Below, one piece after another: positions 1 to 10,423 of a DNA stretch of 64,000 nucleotides (within the stretch, counting starts at the first letter, position 1; every line of letters starts with the position of its first letter). The stretch lies in the NCBI GenBank assembly GCA_048772705.1, contig JBLWGC010000126.1, positions 1 to 64,000 on the forward strand. The letters are read 5' to 3'. This DNA is from Leidyana gryllorum EB-2025a. Its lineage: Eukaryota > Protista > Apicomplexa. Under the pieces are notes generated by a model, which saw only the letters and a list, made by a program, of their open reading frames with translations, was not told the DNA's origin and ran no database searches. Both the position numbers and the translations under genes were made by a program.

Positions 1-860
1 TAGCGCCATGTTGACCGATAGGACGATCAATCATTTGCACCACATTGGTAGGGCCCGGTTTCAGAGTTCCCACCAATGTAATGTCGCGACCGAAACTCTG
101 TGTGACAGGGGCGGAATCGAAACTGAGACGAGCTTTGTGGTGGCCATAATCAGCAATGATCTCTTGCTGAGTGATGGGCGTTGCAAAGAAGGTCGGTTGG
201 CGGAGCACCAGATCCTGATGCTTAGCATACCAACGATGCCAGTCAATAGGCTCTGATGATTCGAGTTGCGAGAAGAGCTCCTCTTCGGGATAGTCTTCCA
301 GCTCTCTAACTTCTTCGCTACCAGACCCCTCCAGACGTTTCGCCTTGGTAAGCAACCCTTTCAAACCGCTGGGTTCTGGGTGTACCACGGTACGATAGCC
401 TGGGACAGGCTCACCATCCAGAAGAAGTTTCTCTAAAAGGGTTTTCGGGCTAATCAATCATGTATCACCACTCACCATTGCGTTCGAAATCGGCATCGTT
501 CGCCGCTACCAGCATCACATCGACATCATTAGCCACAGGCAGGGCAACGACGTCTACCTGAGGGACGGAAACGGATTTCACCGGGCGAATGCGCTCTTTG
601 AGCACCTTCAGCCTAGCTTCCTCCGATTCTACCATGCCGTAGACCTTCAAGCAGTCTTGCATGGCGGCCTCCACCTGGTCGGCAGGGGCATCGCCGAAGA
701 GCGCTTGGAGATGGTTGGCAATCACTGAGCGGGAGCACCATTCTGGGTTTCCGCCAGTGGCGCCCGCGGTGCTCAGGTTAGCCGGTAGTTCAGTTAGCGG
801 GTCTTCCGCACCTGCATGGTAGCAGAATCCAATAAGAGCTAGAACAGGAGTGCGCATCAA
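1..860 (-). CDS. Partial multi-exon hypothetical protein running off the left edge
   Basis: ORF 465..860 is followed by a minus-strand GTGAGT...TTTTAG intron (~433-475). An open frame (KLLLDGEPVPGYRTVVHPEP...) then continues to position 1. No family recognised; 5' end unresolved. Confidence 0.4.
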
Positions 861-1413
861 CTATCTAGAGTGTCTGTTGTCAGACCACAGGCGAGTGGAG
901 TGGCGTTTGTCTGGCTGTCACAACATCACAGACATCGCTGCCCTGAAAACCAAGGATGATCGATGTAATGAGCGTATGCTCCGATGACGCTTCCGCTTCC
1001 TGTGCCGAAGATGAGATCCGTAATAGCGTCTTTGGAGGCTCTGAGCTCGAGTCTGAATCATGCCACGGCGCTTGCGGGAACTCGCGAGCGGACCCCCTCG
1101 ACTCCAGGATAGATCCGGTTCGCTTCTACGAGGATTCCGAGCCCGACACGTCACCCCCCACCCCGTCCTACTCGTTCCACCCGGAACTATCGTTAGCCAA
1201 CTTTATGAGCGACCTCTACCGTGACCGCCGTCGTCAAACCCGTGTTCAAAGTAAGCCTCGGGAGTGCGGTCGGGAGTCGATAGCTGGGCGTAGGTCTGGA
1301 CGATATTGTCCTCCTGTTCGCTATTCCGCTGCGTAAACGTGATGGTACCCCTAACAAACAATGGTGGGTCATTTCTGACGATCTAAGCTGCTTGGAACGA
1401 TCATTTGGATCGG

Positions 1414-2334
1414 ATGATATTGAGCTTAAAGGGCCTCTTGACGGTAACGTCTGCGCCTTCGCAGGACACAGTGTGAGCTGAGGCCAACAAATGGATGCGG
1501 CGGGGAAGTCCGTCCACTAAGTCACCGGTTTGACGATCCAATCAATGGAGATCGAGTGTTTTCATATGTGTGCCCTGTTGCGCAGGACGCCCCCGATGGA
1601 GTCCTCAATTTTGTTATCGCGTGTAAGGGACGGGTGGCCGTAAGTATGATATTGGGAGCTTACGTATGCAGCGTTGGGTGGAGCTGACGTTGATACCTCT
1701 GTAGATGGGTCCTACTCCCTTCCTATGGGATCGCCAGGTATCTTCAGTCTCAGGGACGGGGTGTTGTGCGCTGGCGACAGAAGTAAGGCTCGGGCGTATG
1801 TGGTTAATTGATATGATTGCAGTTCATGATATGGGTATCATACTGTATCTTGAGCCGTAAGTCAGTTGACGATGGATCGGGCTTTCTGGTGTCTGGTTTG
1901 TGCAGTCTGCTGTGTGGTGCGTGTTGCATTTCACTATCTGAGTGTGGCAGGTCCCGGAGGCTGGATAAAGACAAAGACGAGCAGCCACCCATTCTGCATT
2001 TCTACGACGAAGTGACTGGTCTGTGGGGCCAGAAGACGTTCATTGTTACATGTATGAACGGCTCGTGGACCTTCCAGGCTGTTTTAGCCGGGTGTCGACG
2101 GACTCAGTTCGTGGTGGAGGATTACGTGACCAGGTAGGTGCTGTTGATTCTTGTTGGCAGAGTGTCTACTACTACTACACATTGGTTAGGGGATGTTGGT
2201 TGCGGGATAGCGGTCGCGATTTTTGTGTGGCGTGGCCGGGAACGTACGTATTGAGTCAGGGGGGGGAACTACGGATGCTGATTAAGGACTGTGGTATGGC
2301 GGCTGGAGATTCACACCCACAGGTGCAGCTTTAA
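1414..2334 (+). CDS. Possible multi-exon hypothetical protein
   Basis: Plus-strand donor/acceptor-like sites (gtaacg ~1444, gtaagt ~1640 and ~1856, gtaggt ~2134) link ORF pieces 1817..2137 and 2023..2334. No homology recognised. Confidence 0.25.
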
Positions 2335-2698
2335 GTAGAGAGAGAGTATTTCCACATAGACATAGACGATGCTTAGACGCATGTTTTAGTCGTAATTACC
2401 ACCACCACCACCACTGTGGGTGGAAGAAGAGGAGTTGAGTATTTGTCGCAGGTTAGCAGAGGTCTCGCTGAACTGCAGGGGGCATTGGGTACTTCCTTTG
2501 GACTTACGTACTACGTCATTAAAGTACGTTTCGAGGAACTCCGTGACGGTCAAGTCTCTGTAGGGTTCCAAGAAGGCCAGCACCTCCCGGAGAGGGAGCC
2601 TTTCATCGCGCTCGACATCTCCAGACATTTCAAAGGCCGAAATATATTTGGGATCTACTAGTCGCCGGAGACGTCCGGCTGTTCCTTCTCTAGGAAGA

Positions 2699-5021
2699 AT
2701 GTCCGCCTCATACACTTACACTGCGGCCAGCGCCCCGCGCCTCCCAGCTACAACAACTCAGAGCTACCCTTCTCCTCCGAGTTATGCGCCGTCAGTTCAG
2801 TATCGCACCGCCTACCCTTCTCCTCCGGGAGCTGTTGCTCCTCAAATTGTCTCCTACACCCGCCCCTCTACCACCAGTCCGCCGCCGTTCTCCGCTCCTC
2901 AAGCCGCCCCGTTCGGGCAGACGCAAGCTTCTTACCCCCCTACGACGACCCAAACTACCACTTATGGAGCCACGAAAATGAATATGTTGCCGCCCCAGAC
3001 GTCGCTTTCCTCTCTTCCGCCTCAGGCGCCCCGGTTTTTGGGCCCCACGCCCGGGATGACAATGGAACCGATGCACATTCAACAACCTCCGGTGCAGACG
3101 GCGCCGTCGCAGCCGCCTTCCGCTGTGTACACCACCCACCAAATGCCCCCGCAGGCGCCGCAGCAGCAGCAGCAACGCATCGCTCAGCCCCAAGCGCCGT
3201 CTGCGGCGGGAGCGCCCCCGAATATGAGTCTGCTGCAGCAGCATCTGCGTCCAGTGGCGCCCCCGAGCGCAACTCAAATGGGTCTGCCAAACCTCGAGTA
3301 CATTGTGGCGCCAAGCTCGGCCCGAGACCGCCCCATGAAGGCTACCCCTGTCCTGCCCCAGCAGTCGCAAGGGTACCCACCCTACACCCGAACCACGCCT
3401 GCCGCTGTTCCCCAAGCTCCTGCCTATCACACCGTTATGGCCATGCAACCCCAGCACGACGATACTGCTGCGTTTAAGCCTATCGCCGTCGGCGACAGAC
3501 TGCCTCCGGCTCACATTGATTTACACGGAGTCTGTGTTAATCTGCAAGAGTTCTTCAAGAATCGCAATGGGATCATCTTTGGCCTCGTTGGCGCCTTTAA
3601 TCCGGTCGATACCGATAAGGCTGTGCCAGCGATACTTAAAGCTCAGGAACATTTCGAACGTTTGGTCGATTTTGTTGGCTGTTTGGTGGTCAATGACCCC
3701 TTCGTCGTCAAGGGTAAGTTTTCTTCCCAAGTGGCCATGGCCACTCTCAACTTCTCTCCGTTCAGCTTGGGCAAAGAAGCTGGGTGTCGTCGATCAATTT
3801 ACATTCATTGCTGATTCCGATGCAAAGTTTACGAAGGTACTTGGTATGGCTCAATACTTGCCAGCCGAAGGACTGGGAATCCGGTCTCGTCGCTTCGCCG
3901 CTGTGGTGGGACCACGCGCGAAGATTCGCTGGATCGGCTTCGATGACGATTCCTTAGCGGACAATGTTCTCCTCCACTTGCCGCGGTTCGTGCGTACTCC
4001 TTGGAAGTCTTTCCTCGTTGGAGTCGGCTACAACGCCTCGGACGAAGACGAGGACGCGCGAGTTCGCGAAGACACTGTCAATAATCTGCAGTCAGTGCGA
4101 TCGCTTCTCGCCAGCCAAGTGAGTCGTTCAAACCTTCTCCCACTCTCAATCTCCTTTCCACCGCCAGGGGTTCTGTTCCGAACCGGATTGGCAGCTCCTC
4201 CTTTGCGACAAGATGATGGATGTATTCACCCCGACGCGCGATAACATTCTCAATGGTACGGCTCCGCCTCTCCGACCGCAAAACTCTCTCACTGCAGGTC
4301 TCCGATGGGTGGTGGAAGGTGCCCAAGCTGGAGATGTTCTCTGCTTCTACTTTGCAGGAAAGGGTGGAAGGTTTGTCAATGAAGATGGCACCGAGACCTC
4401 GGGATTGCTGCCCATGGATCACGAAGTGGCTGGTCCAATAGACGAATGGGAGATTTATGAGACTTTGGCACCTGTAAGCTTCGAACAGTTACCCCCCTTC
4501 CTAACCAACCCCCGCCGCTGCAGCATGTTCCGGAGAGTTGTCGACTGACTATCATTTTGGACATCCATAACGAAGAGCCCGTGCACTGTCCCATGCCGTA
4601 CGTGTACAGCTCCAAGGTATCGGTAGTGTCCTCTGGAGACATGGAGGCCCAGATTCTATCGAGCGAAAGTATCCAATGGCGGGAGCGCTATGGCGGTGAC
4701 CCCAAGTTGCGGGGCGAGATTATCGTTGTTTCACTGCACGGACACAGCCCCGTACCTCCCGGATGCTTGTCGAGTCTTCTCACCAGTGTTTGCGTACCTG
4801 AGGAGCGTCGGGATGAGTTTGATCAGCCCCTCACTTACGCCGATCAAATGGACCGGATGCAAGTGCAACTCGTCGAATGGCAAGCTGAGGTGAGAGAACG
4901 AACCCCCATCTATTTTCTGTGTTTCATACCATTGCACTATCCGCAGAAAACTGTGCAGCTCGCAACCTCCCGCCCCCTCAACCTGAACGAGGAATTCACT
5001 CTAGCAGATGTCCTCCCCTGA
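2699..5021 (+). CDS. Pro/Gln-rich N-terminus + Prx5-like peroxiredoxin domain + type I metacaspase-like domain; both domains appear catalytically dead
   Basis: Introns 3714-3765, 4119-4167, ~4256-4297, ~4474-4523 and ~4890-4946 join the ORFs in frame. Prx5 motifs: IAVGDRLP, GAFNP, VNDPFVVKAW, IADSDAKFTK, LGIRSRRFA. Metacaspase motifs: LVGVGY, PTRDNIL, RWVVEGAQAGDVLCFYFAG, LTIILD, MPYVY, VQLATSRPLNLNEEF. Confidence 0.8.
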
Positions 5022-5173
5022 ATTAGCGGTGCTTTTTCTGTCTGTGCCCGAAATCCCATATCTGCTTGCTTATTGACCTCATGTCTCGCCAGTGCAAACC
5101 ATAAAGGAGGACCACCGTATCTTGTGATACTTATCCCCTGTCGCCCTGTACAAACACTGTGCTCGCGCCACAC

Positions 5174-5203
5174 GTGTGTGTGTGTGTGTGTTTGTGTGTG
5201 TGT
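5174..5203. repeat. (GT)n microsatellite
   Basis: gtgtgtgtgtgtgtgtgtttgtgtgtgtgt in the intergenic region upstream of the helicase array. Confidence 0.9.
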
Positions 5204-5296
5204 ATAAGTGCGGGTGAGTGAGTCTGTTTCCAGTCCGCCACGTCATTTGCGGCTCTTTTTCGCTCGAAAACCGTTCATTGCTGCGGTTGTTTGACC

Positions 5297-7666
5297 ATGC
5301 ATCGGTTGAACAACTCACAGTCCCGAGTGGCGGATGTTGCGTCCGTGTCTAATCGTCTCACAATGGCTGTGGGAGGGCCCGGGACGGGCAAGACGACGGC
5401 TATCATAGGACGTCTGTGGAACAGGATCAATCTTGCCAGTGAGGGTTTGAGGAGGACTCTGTTGGTGGTCCCGACGCATCAGAGGCGACAGCGTATATGG
5501 CAGAGCTTGAAGGAGGACTATAACGCATTATGTGGCGATGTTGACTGCGTGTGGGCTGGCACCTTCTATACTGTTTCAAGACGTTTATTGCTGGAGTACG
5601 GCGAATCGCTTCTACCGGCAGACTCGACAATGCTGGATCTGCGTGGGCAACGGACGCTGATAAGCCGCCTGTTGTATGAGGGCGCCCAAAACGACTGTCC
5701 TATGAACGGCTACCCCTATCATCAGCACACCGACAGAGTTCTGAAGTATATCCAGGAGCAGAAACGTTGTGGGTATGACGCGGACGAAGTGCCTATGGCG
5801 TCGCGAAAGGCATTCGAAAGCAGCATATTTGACGAGTACGCGAGCGCGTGTGACCAGCAGGATCTGTATGACGCAGATGATGTCATTCTACGGTGTTTGT
5901 CCTTACTTCGACGGACTAAGAGCAATCGCAAGTTGAAACAGACATTACAGTCTAAATTCACGGATATTATCGTTGACGACTTCCAGAACACGACTCCGGT
6001 GCAACGGCAATGGTTGGCTGAAATGATCAAGATTTGTCCCGCCTCCGTGTGCATAGTGGGAGACGAAGACCAGTGTCTGTACGAGTGGCGGCAGGCGAAC
6101 TTGGGGACCTTAGAAGAGTGGAAACGGACGCATTCCTTCAATTATGTGAGACTGGAACGAAACTATCGATCGACCAAGAATATATGTAGAGCTGCCCGAA
6201 ACCTGATTAGTCACGCGGAAGATTGGTCTCGCAGAGGGATGTTCAGCAACAACGACAATGGCTCAGAAGTGCTGCTGTTCACCGCTGACAGTAACATCGA
6301 GATGTTCCGAGAGGTCGCTCTGAACGTTGCTCAGGATGCGGTCCGCTGGTCTGATACGGCGGTGATCTTCCCCAACCGCCGTTATCTGTCGGGACTTCGA
6401 GCGGCTCTCGACAACGAAGGCATACCATATCACGTGGTCGGCAACGTGAAACTCGTCTGCCAACCCGCAATCCGACACTTATTCGCCTTCTTGAAAATCA
6501 CAATCAATGAGAAGGACGATGTCTCTCTTGATAGGATACTATCACAGAAATGTCCCTATGTGTGGGCTGACGAACGGGACGACATCGTCGCATCACAAAC
6601 GATTGACAATTGTCAAGGTCAACTCCTTTGCACTCTCTTGGAACAACTGGATGAAGACCAATTGAGCCACAGTCTAGCACACATCGCCTCTTGGCTTGGA
6701 GCTATCATTGAGGAAATCAAAGAACTGATGAACTCTTGCAGTGGGATAGCCAATCTCATTGAGGAAGTTTTGCAAATACCATCGGTACGCACTCAATGCG
6801 TAGAGGCCGGAAGACGCGCTGGAGTCCCAAACGAGCGCAGTCAATCGGATCTCACCAAATTCGTTGAGTACCTTCGACAATTCGAAGCATCTCACGTTCC
6901 CCCCCAGCGACGAGTCACTCCTCTGCAAGATTTCTTTGCCTCTGTCAGTGACTTCTCGTGGCTCGTCGAGGATTCTGTCCAAGAATCCCGCGACGCTGTG
7001 CAACTCATGACGCCCTATGCTGTCCAGGGCCACGAGTTTGAGTCAATTCATGTACTCGGAGTCGCCGAGGGCTTCTATGATGATGCAGATGAAGAGTCTC
7101 TTTCGCCATACCTCAGAGAACTCTTCGTTGCTGTCAGCCGCGCCAGGAGGCATCTACGCTTATATGCCAGCCACACAGACGCGTGGGGCGCACCCCTCGA
7201 TCTCGACTTGTTCCAAAGCTACATACTCCAACAGCGGGGAGGCAGCAGAAAGCGCAAAGCATCCGATCAGCCCAACTTACTCGCCGTCTACTCGTGCCAC
7301 CCCGTACGTACTTCCACGGTCAACAGCGATGGCGGGGGCGGCCACACTCGCCAGTGGGGCGAGGCAGAGTCTGATGCCGATCTCTCACCCGACGAATATT
7401 ATGACGACGAAGACGACGAAGACGACGAAGAGGACTATGATGATGACGAAGACGACGAAGAGGACTATGATGATGACGACGACGACAACTACGGTGACGA
7501 CGACAACTACGGTGACGACGACAACTACGGTGTCACATTCAATGCAGCGGTTGGGGACTTCTTTGGTGACGGATTCGTCTGTCATGAGGACGGAACCTTC
7601 ACCATGACTTACTCCTGTGACGATCCGGATTACTACGCCGATGCGGATTACTACCACGGCGATTGA
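5297..7666 (+). CDS. Divergent UvrD/PcrA-family SF1A helicase (copy A) with altered Walker B and acidic C-terminal tail
   Basis: Q-motif LNNSQ, Walker A GGPGTGKT, WAGTF, Walker B IVDDFQN, motif III VGDEDQCLYEWRQA, IV LERNYRST, V LMTPYAVQGHEF, VI LFVAVSRA. Intronless; first ATG at 5297. Confidence 0.88.
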   Translation: MHRLNNSQSRVADVASVSNRLTMAVGGPGTGKTTAIIGRLWNRINLASEGLRRTLLVVPTHQRRQRIWQSLKEDYNALCGDVDCVWAGTFYTVSRRLLLEYGESLLPADSTMLDLRGQRTLISRLLYEGAQNDCPMNGYPYHQHTDRVLKYIQEQKRCGYDADEVPMASRKAFESSIFDEYASACDQQDLYDADDVILRCLSLLRRTKSNRKLKQTLQSKFTDIIVDDFQNTTPVQRQWLAEMIKICPASVCIVGDEDQCLYEWRQANLGTLEEWKRTHSFNYVRLERNYRSTKNICRAARNLISHAEDWSRRGMFSNNDNGSEVLLFTADSNIEMFREVALNVAQDAVRWSDTAVIFPNRRYLSGLRAALDNEGIPYHVVGNVKLVCQPAIRHLFAFLKITINEKDDVSLDRILSQKCPYVWADERDDIVASQTIDNCQGQLLCTLLEQLDEDQLSHSLAHIASWLGAIIEEIKELMNSCSGIANLIEEVLQIPSVRTQCVEAGRRAGVPNERSQSDLTKFVEYLRQFEASHVPPQRRVTPLQDFFASVSDFSWLVEDSVQESRDAVQLMTPYAVQGHEFESIHVLGVAEGFYDDADEESLSPYLRELFVAVSRARRHLRLYASHTDAWGAPLDLDLFQSYILQQRGGSRKRKASDQPNLLAVYSCHPVRTSTVNSDGGGGHTRQWGEAESDADLSPDEYYDDEDDEDDEEDYDDDEDDEEDYDDDDDDNYGDDDNYGDDDNYGVTFNAAVGDFFGDGFVCHEDGTFTMTYSCDDPDYYADADYYHGD
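7399..7531 (+). repeat. Coding tandem repeats (~30-bp x2 and 18-bp x3) forming an Asp/Glu/Tyr tail
   Basis: gacgaagacgacgaagaggactatgatgat x2; gacgacgacaactacggt x3 (DDDNYG). Confidence 0.9.
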
Positions 7667-8049
7667 AGCAGACGACCGGGGAGCTGCAAATTGGTCTGGT
7701 GTGTCAGCAGAGGAGCGGCAAAAAAGTGACAGTCGCTCATCCGGGGGAAGCCGGTGACGACAGAAGGCAGAAGAAGCTTTGCCGTCCCTATGATCCGACG
7801 AATCTGATCGTGGATGCATCACGTAGCGGCCACACGTGTGGTCAAGTTAGTCGATCACACACTGTGTTTGTGGATTGCCCTCTTCTTCTGACCTCCAACT
7901 TTGCTGATTGGCTTTTTCCCGTCATTCCTGGGTGTGTCACCGACCTGCAATGGTTCTCTGAGCAGTTTGAAGATTGACTTTTTTTGGCTGCCCCCGCCCA
8001 CCCCCGGCCGTCGTCAGTATCATATATATCTATATCTATATATATAGAG

Positions 8050-10308
8050 ATGACTGCTGTTCCTCCCACGCGTTATATGATCGTGGGGGGTCGGAAGAAT
8101 GAGAGAATGACCTGTATGGCTCGGTATATCAATGAGCGCCTTGGTTCTCAGTCTGCACAGCCAAACTCAATTGTGGTGCTGAACAGTAACGTTGCCGATA
8201 AGGACTTCCTCCGAGCCAAGTTAGACGAGCTGAATGGCGGCCAAGTAGAATTGGCCTATGCGGGGACATTTGAAGAAGTCTTATTCAATGTGTTCAGGTC
8301 ACAGAAGACTGGAGGCCGAAGGACTTTCAGTCTCATCACCCCAAAGCTCAAGGAAGCGATGATAAGAAAGATTGTTTTGGGCTCCTGTAGACGCGAAGGC
8401 AGGCTGTTCCGCGCTCGAGACGCAGAAGAGTGTCTACGGTACATCTCGAACGAGCAATTGAAACGGCGATGGCCGGGACATCCGAAAGCGGAACCGTCCA
8501 AAGAAAGAAGATGGGGGGCCGCGTACAAACAATATGAGCACAATAAACTCAATGAATGGGATGTGGAAGAATTGGTGGTCAAGACGATCGAAGGATCGAA
8601 ACGTACACACAAAGCGACCGCCCCCGTTTTCACCGATGTTCTGGTTGACGAGATATATTTGACCTCTCTGGCGGCGTCTGAGTTCCTTCGGTATTACATT
8701 GGCCCCCAAACGCACGTCGTGTTCACTGGTGATCCCGGAGACCGGTCCCGAAAAGCGCTCTGTCCGGCCACCGTCAGAGACTGGGCGAAGGAGTTTGATT
8801 TGTCTCTGATCAATCTGGACGAACCGCTGTCCGCCCCTCTCAACCACGGATTTTGGCCTCCTGTATGGCTCAAAAGCCCGAGTGATCATCCAATGGGGAC
8901 AAGTTCAAACCTCACTACGAGCACTGTTGCGACAAACGGAACAACAATAAGCGGCCGTCGAACATCGATTGCTGTGAGTGTGGGTGGGCCTCACTTCAAC
9001 AATTCGCGACGCGTCGCCCCCGAACAGCCGATCCGTGAGGTTGTCAGTGTGAATACTATCGATTCTCCCACACTTTTGGGTACTCACCACGCGCACCACG
9101 TGTCTCCCCCACTTTTGAGTACTCACCACGCGCACCACGTGTCTCCCCCACTTTTGGGTACGCACCACGTGTCTCCCGGGCAGCCAATTCGAGAGGTTGT
9201 GAGTGTTGAGACAACGGCTCCGCCCACTATCTTCTTTACGGTTGCGATAGACATTGAGGATGAGAGCGCGGCTGTGGCCCAGGTGATCTGCACACTGAAG
9301 GAGACGCGGGCTCTGAACGAGTTGGGTATAATGTACCCGGACGACTGGCATCTGGAGCACATCCAGATGGCGTTACTGAAGTACCGAATACCCTACAGAG
9401 TGTTGGGAGAGCCTTATATATGGGACTCGCCGTTGGTGGAAACGTTGACGAGTTATATCCAGGTGGCCTTGGACCACCCGGTTTTCTCGACACCAGCGGA
9501 GTCGGCGTCTTATTGTCGGGCGAAGCGACACTGGTCGAGTGTGAATGACTCGTCGTTGCCAATGGGCGGTTCTGCGGTGTTGCAGACGAGCGGGCGATCT
9601 TTCGAAGAAGTAATTAGTCTAATGTCGAGTATTTGTCGAGATCGGTCATTACCGTTGGCCAATGTTATCCGTCTGTTACTCCGTATCTCCAAGTTGCACC
9701 GAGAAGAGAACGAACTGAGCGCTACAGATGCAGCGATTCTGGGTGCCCTCAACCGACGGGTTGAATGTTTCCAGCACGGGTGTTTGCCCGATGACGGGCG
9801 AGTGGCTATAGAACAATGGTTGGAAGTTGTTGAAGGTCATCAGCTGTTGTTGGCCCCCCCGAGGACTCAATGTTCCTCGTCCAAGGCGGTGCAGTTGATA
9901 AGTGTTGAGAAGCGGTCGACCAATCTTGTTTTTCAGTCACTGTGTGTAGTAGGATTCAATGACTCGAGATCAGAGCTTTCAGAGTCCGATCGCGGAACCA
10001 TCGACGGACTCGTTGCAATGGCCCAATGTGACTTACGCCTTTTCAGCACAATAGGATTTGGGCCGTCTTGGCGATTTCTCAAACTCCCCTGTGAGGCGGT
10101 CGAGTACACCGGGACACTCAAGACCCATCACAGAGACTTCCCGCCCGACAACACCACCGCCACCAAACATCCCTCCTCCCAACGAGAGGACAGAAATGAG
10201 TCCCCTGTTGCGACTACGAGACCCCCCAAACGTGAATCTGCGCATTCCCCAGTACACCCTCCCTCCCCCAAACATATCAAAACTGAGAATAGCCCAACCA
10301 AACAATGA
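8050..10308 (+). CDS. Degenerate UvrD-fold pseudo-helicase (copy B)
   Basis: Residual motifs YAGTF, FTDVLVDE, VVFTGD, GIMYP, IPYRVLG, VQLIS..VVG are colinear with copy G. P-loop replaced by GGRKNER; motif IV missing. Intronless. Confidence 0.8.
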   Translation: MTAVPPTRYMIVGGRKNERMTCMARYINERLGSQSAQPNSIVVLNSNVADKDFLRAKLDELNGGQVELAYAGTFEEVLFNVFRSQKTGGRRTFSLITPKLKEAMIRKIVLGSCRREGRLFRARDAEECLRYISNEQLKRRWPGHPKAEPSKERRWGAAYKQYEHNKLNEWDVEELVVKTIEGSKRTHKATAPVFTDVLVDEIYLTSLAASEFLRYYIGPQTHVVFTGDPGDRSRKALCPATVRDWAKEFDLSLINLDEPLSAPLNHGFWPPVWLKSPSDHPMGTSSNLTTSTVATNGTTISGRRTSIAVSVGGPHFNNSRRVAPEQPIREVVSVNTIDSPTLLGTHHAHHVSPPLLSTHHAHHVSPPLLGTHHVSPGQPIREVVSVETTAPPTIFFTVAIDIEDESAAVAQVICTLKETRALNELGIMYPDDWHLEHIQMALLKYRIPYRVLGEPYIWDSPLVETLTSYIQVALDHPVFSTPAESASYCRAKRHWSSVNDSSLPMGGSAVLQTSGRSFEEVISLMSSICRDRSLPLANVIRLLLRISKLHREENELSATDAAILGALNRRVECFQHGCLPDDGRVAIEQWLEVVEGHQLLLAPPRTQCSSSKAVQLISVEKRSTNLVFQSLCVVGFNDSRSELSESDRGTIDGLVAMAQCDLRLFSTIGFGPSWRFLKLPCEAVEYTGTLKTHHRDFPPDNTTATKHPSSQREDRNESPVATTRPPKRESAHSPVHPPSPKHIKTENSPTKQ
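9071..9177 (+). repeat. 39-bp coding tandem repeat (LLGTHHAHHVSPP x~2.7)
   Basis: cacttttgggtactcaccacgcgcaccacgtgtctcccc repeated; flanked by a duplicated QPIREVVSV peptide. Confidence 0.9.
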
Positions 10309-10423
10309 GAATATATTGACAATCATTGAACAAAAGAGAGCGATTTGAGTCGATTGAGCCGTAGAGAGGGGATCGAGTCGACAATTGAGGCCAATATAGC
10401 ACCACTTTTTTTTTGGCGCCAAG

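Noticed and set aside
860-1336. Minus-strand frame interrupted by several TGA codons (selenoprotein or recoding) and plus ORF 956..1336
   Set aside because: The TGAs mirror TCA codons of the opposite ORF, TGA is a normal stop elsewhere in the window, no homology recognised, and the coding strand cannot be decided
6905-6945. PIP-box-like VTPLQDFF in copy A
   Set aside because: Lacks the position-1 Gln and aligns with the ordinary UvrD helix (SPIQKFL in copy G)
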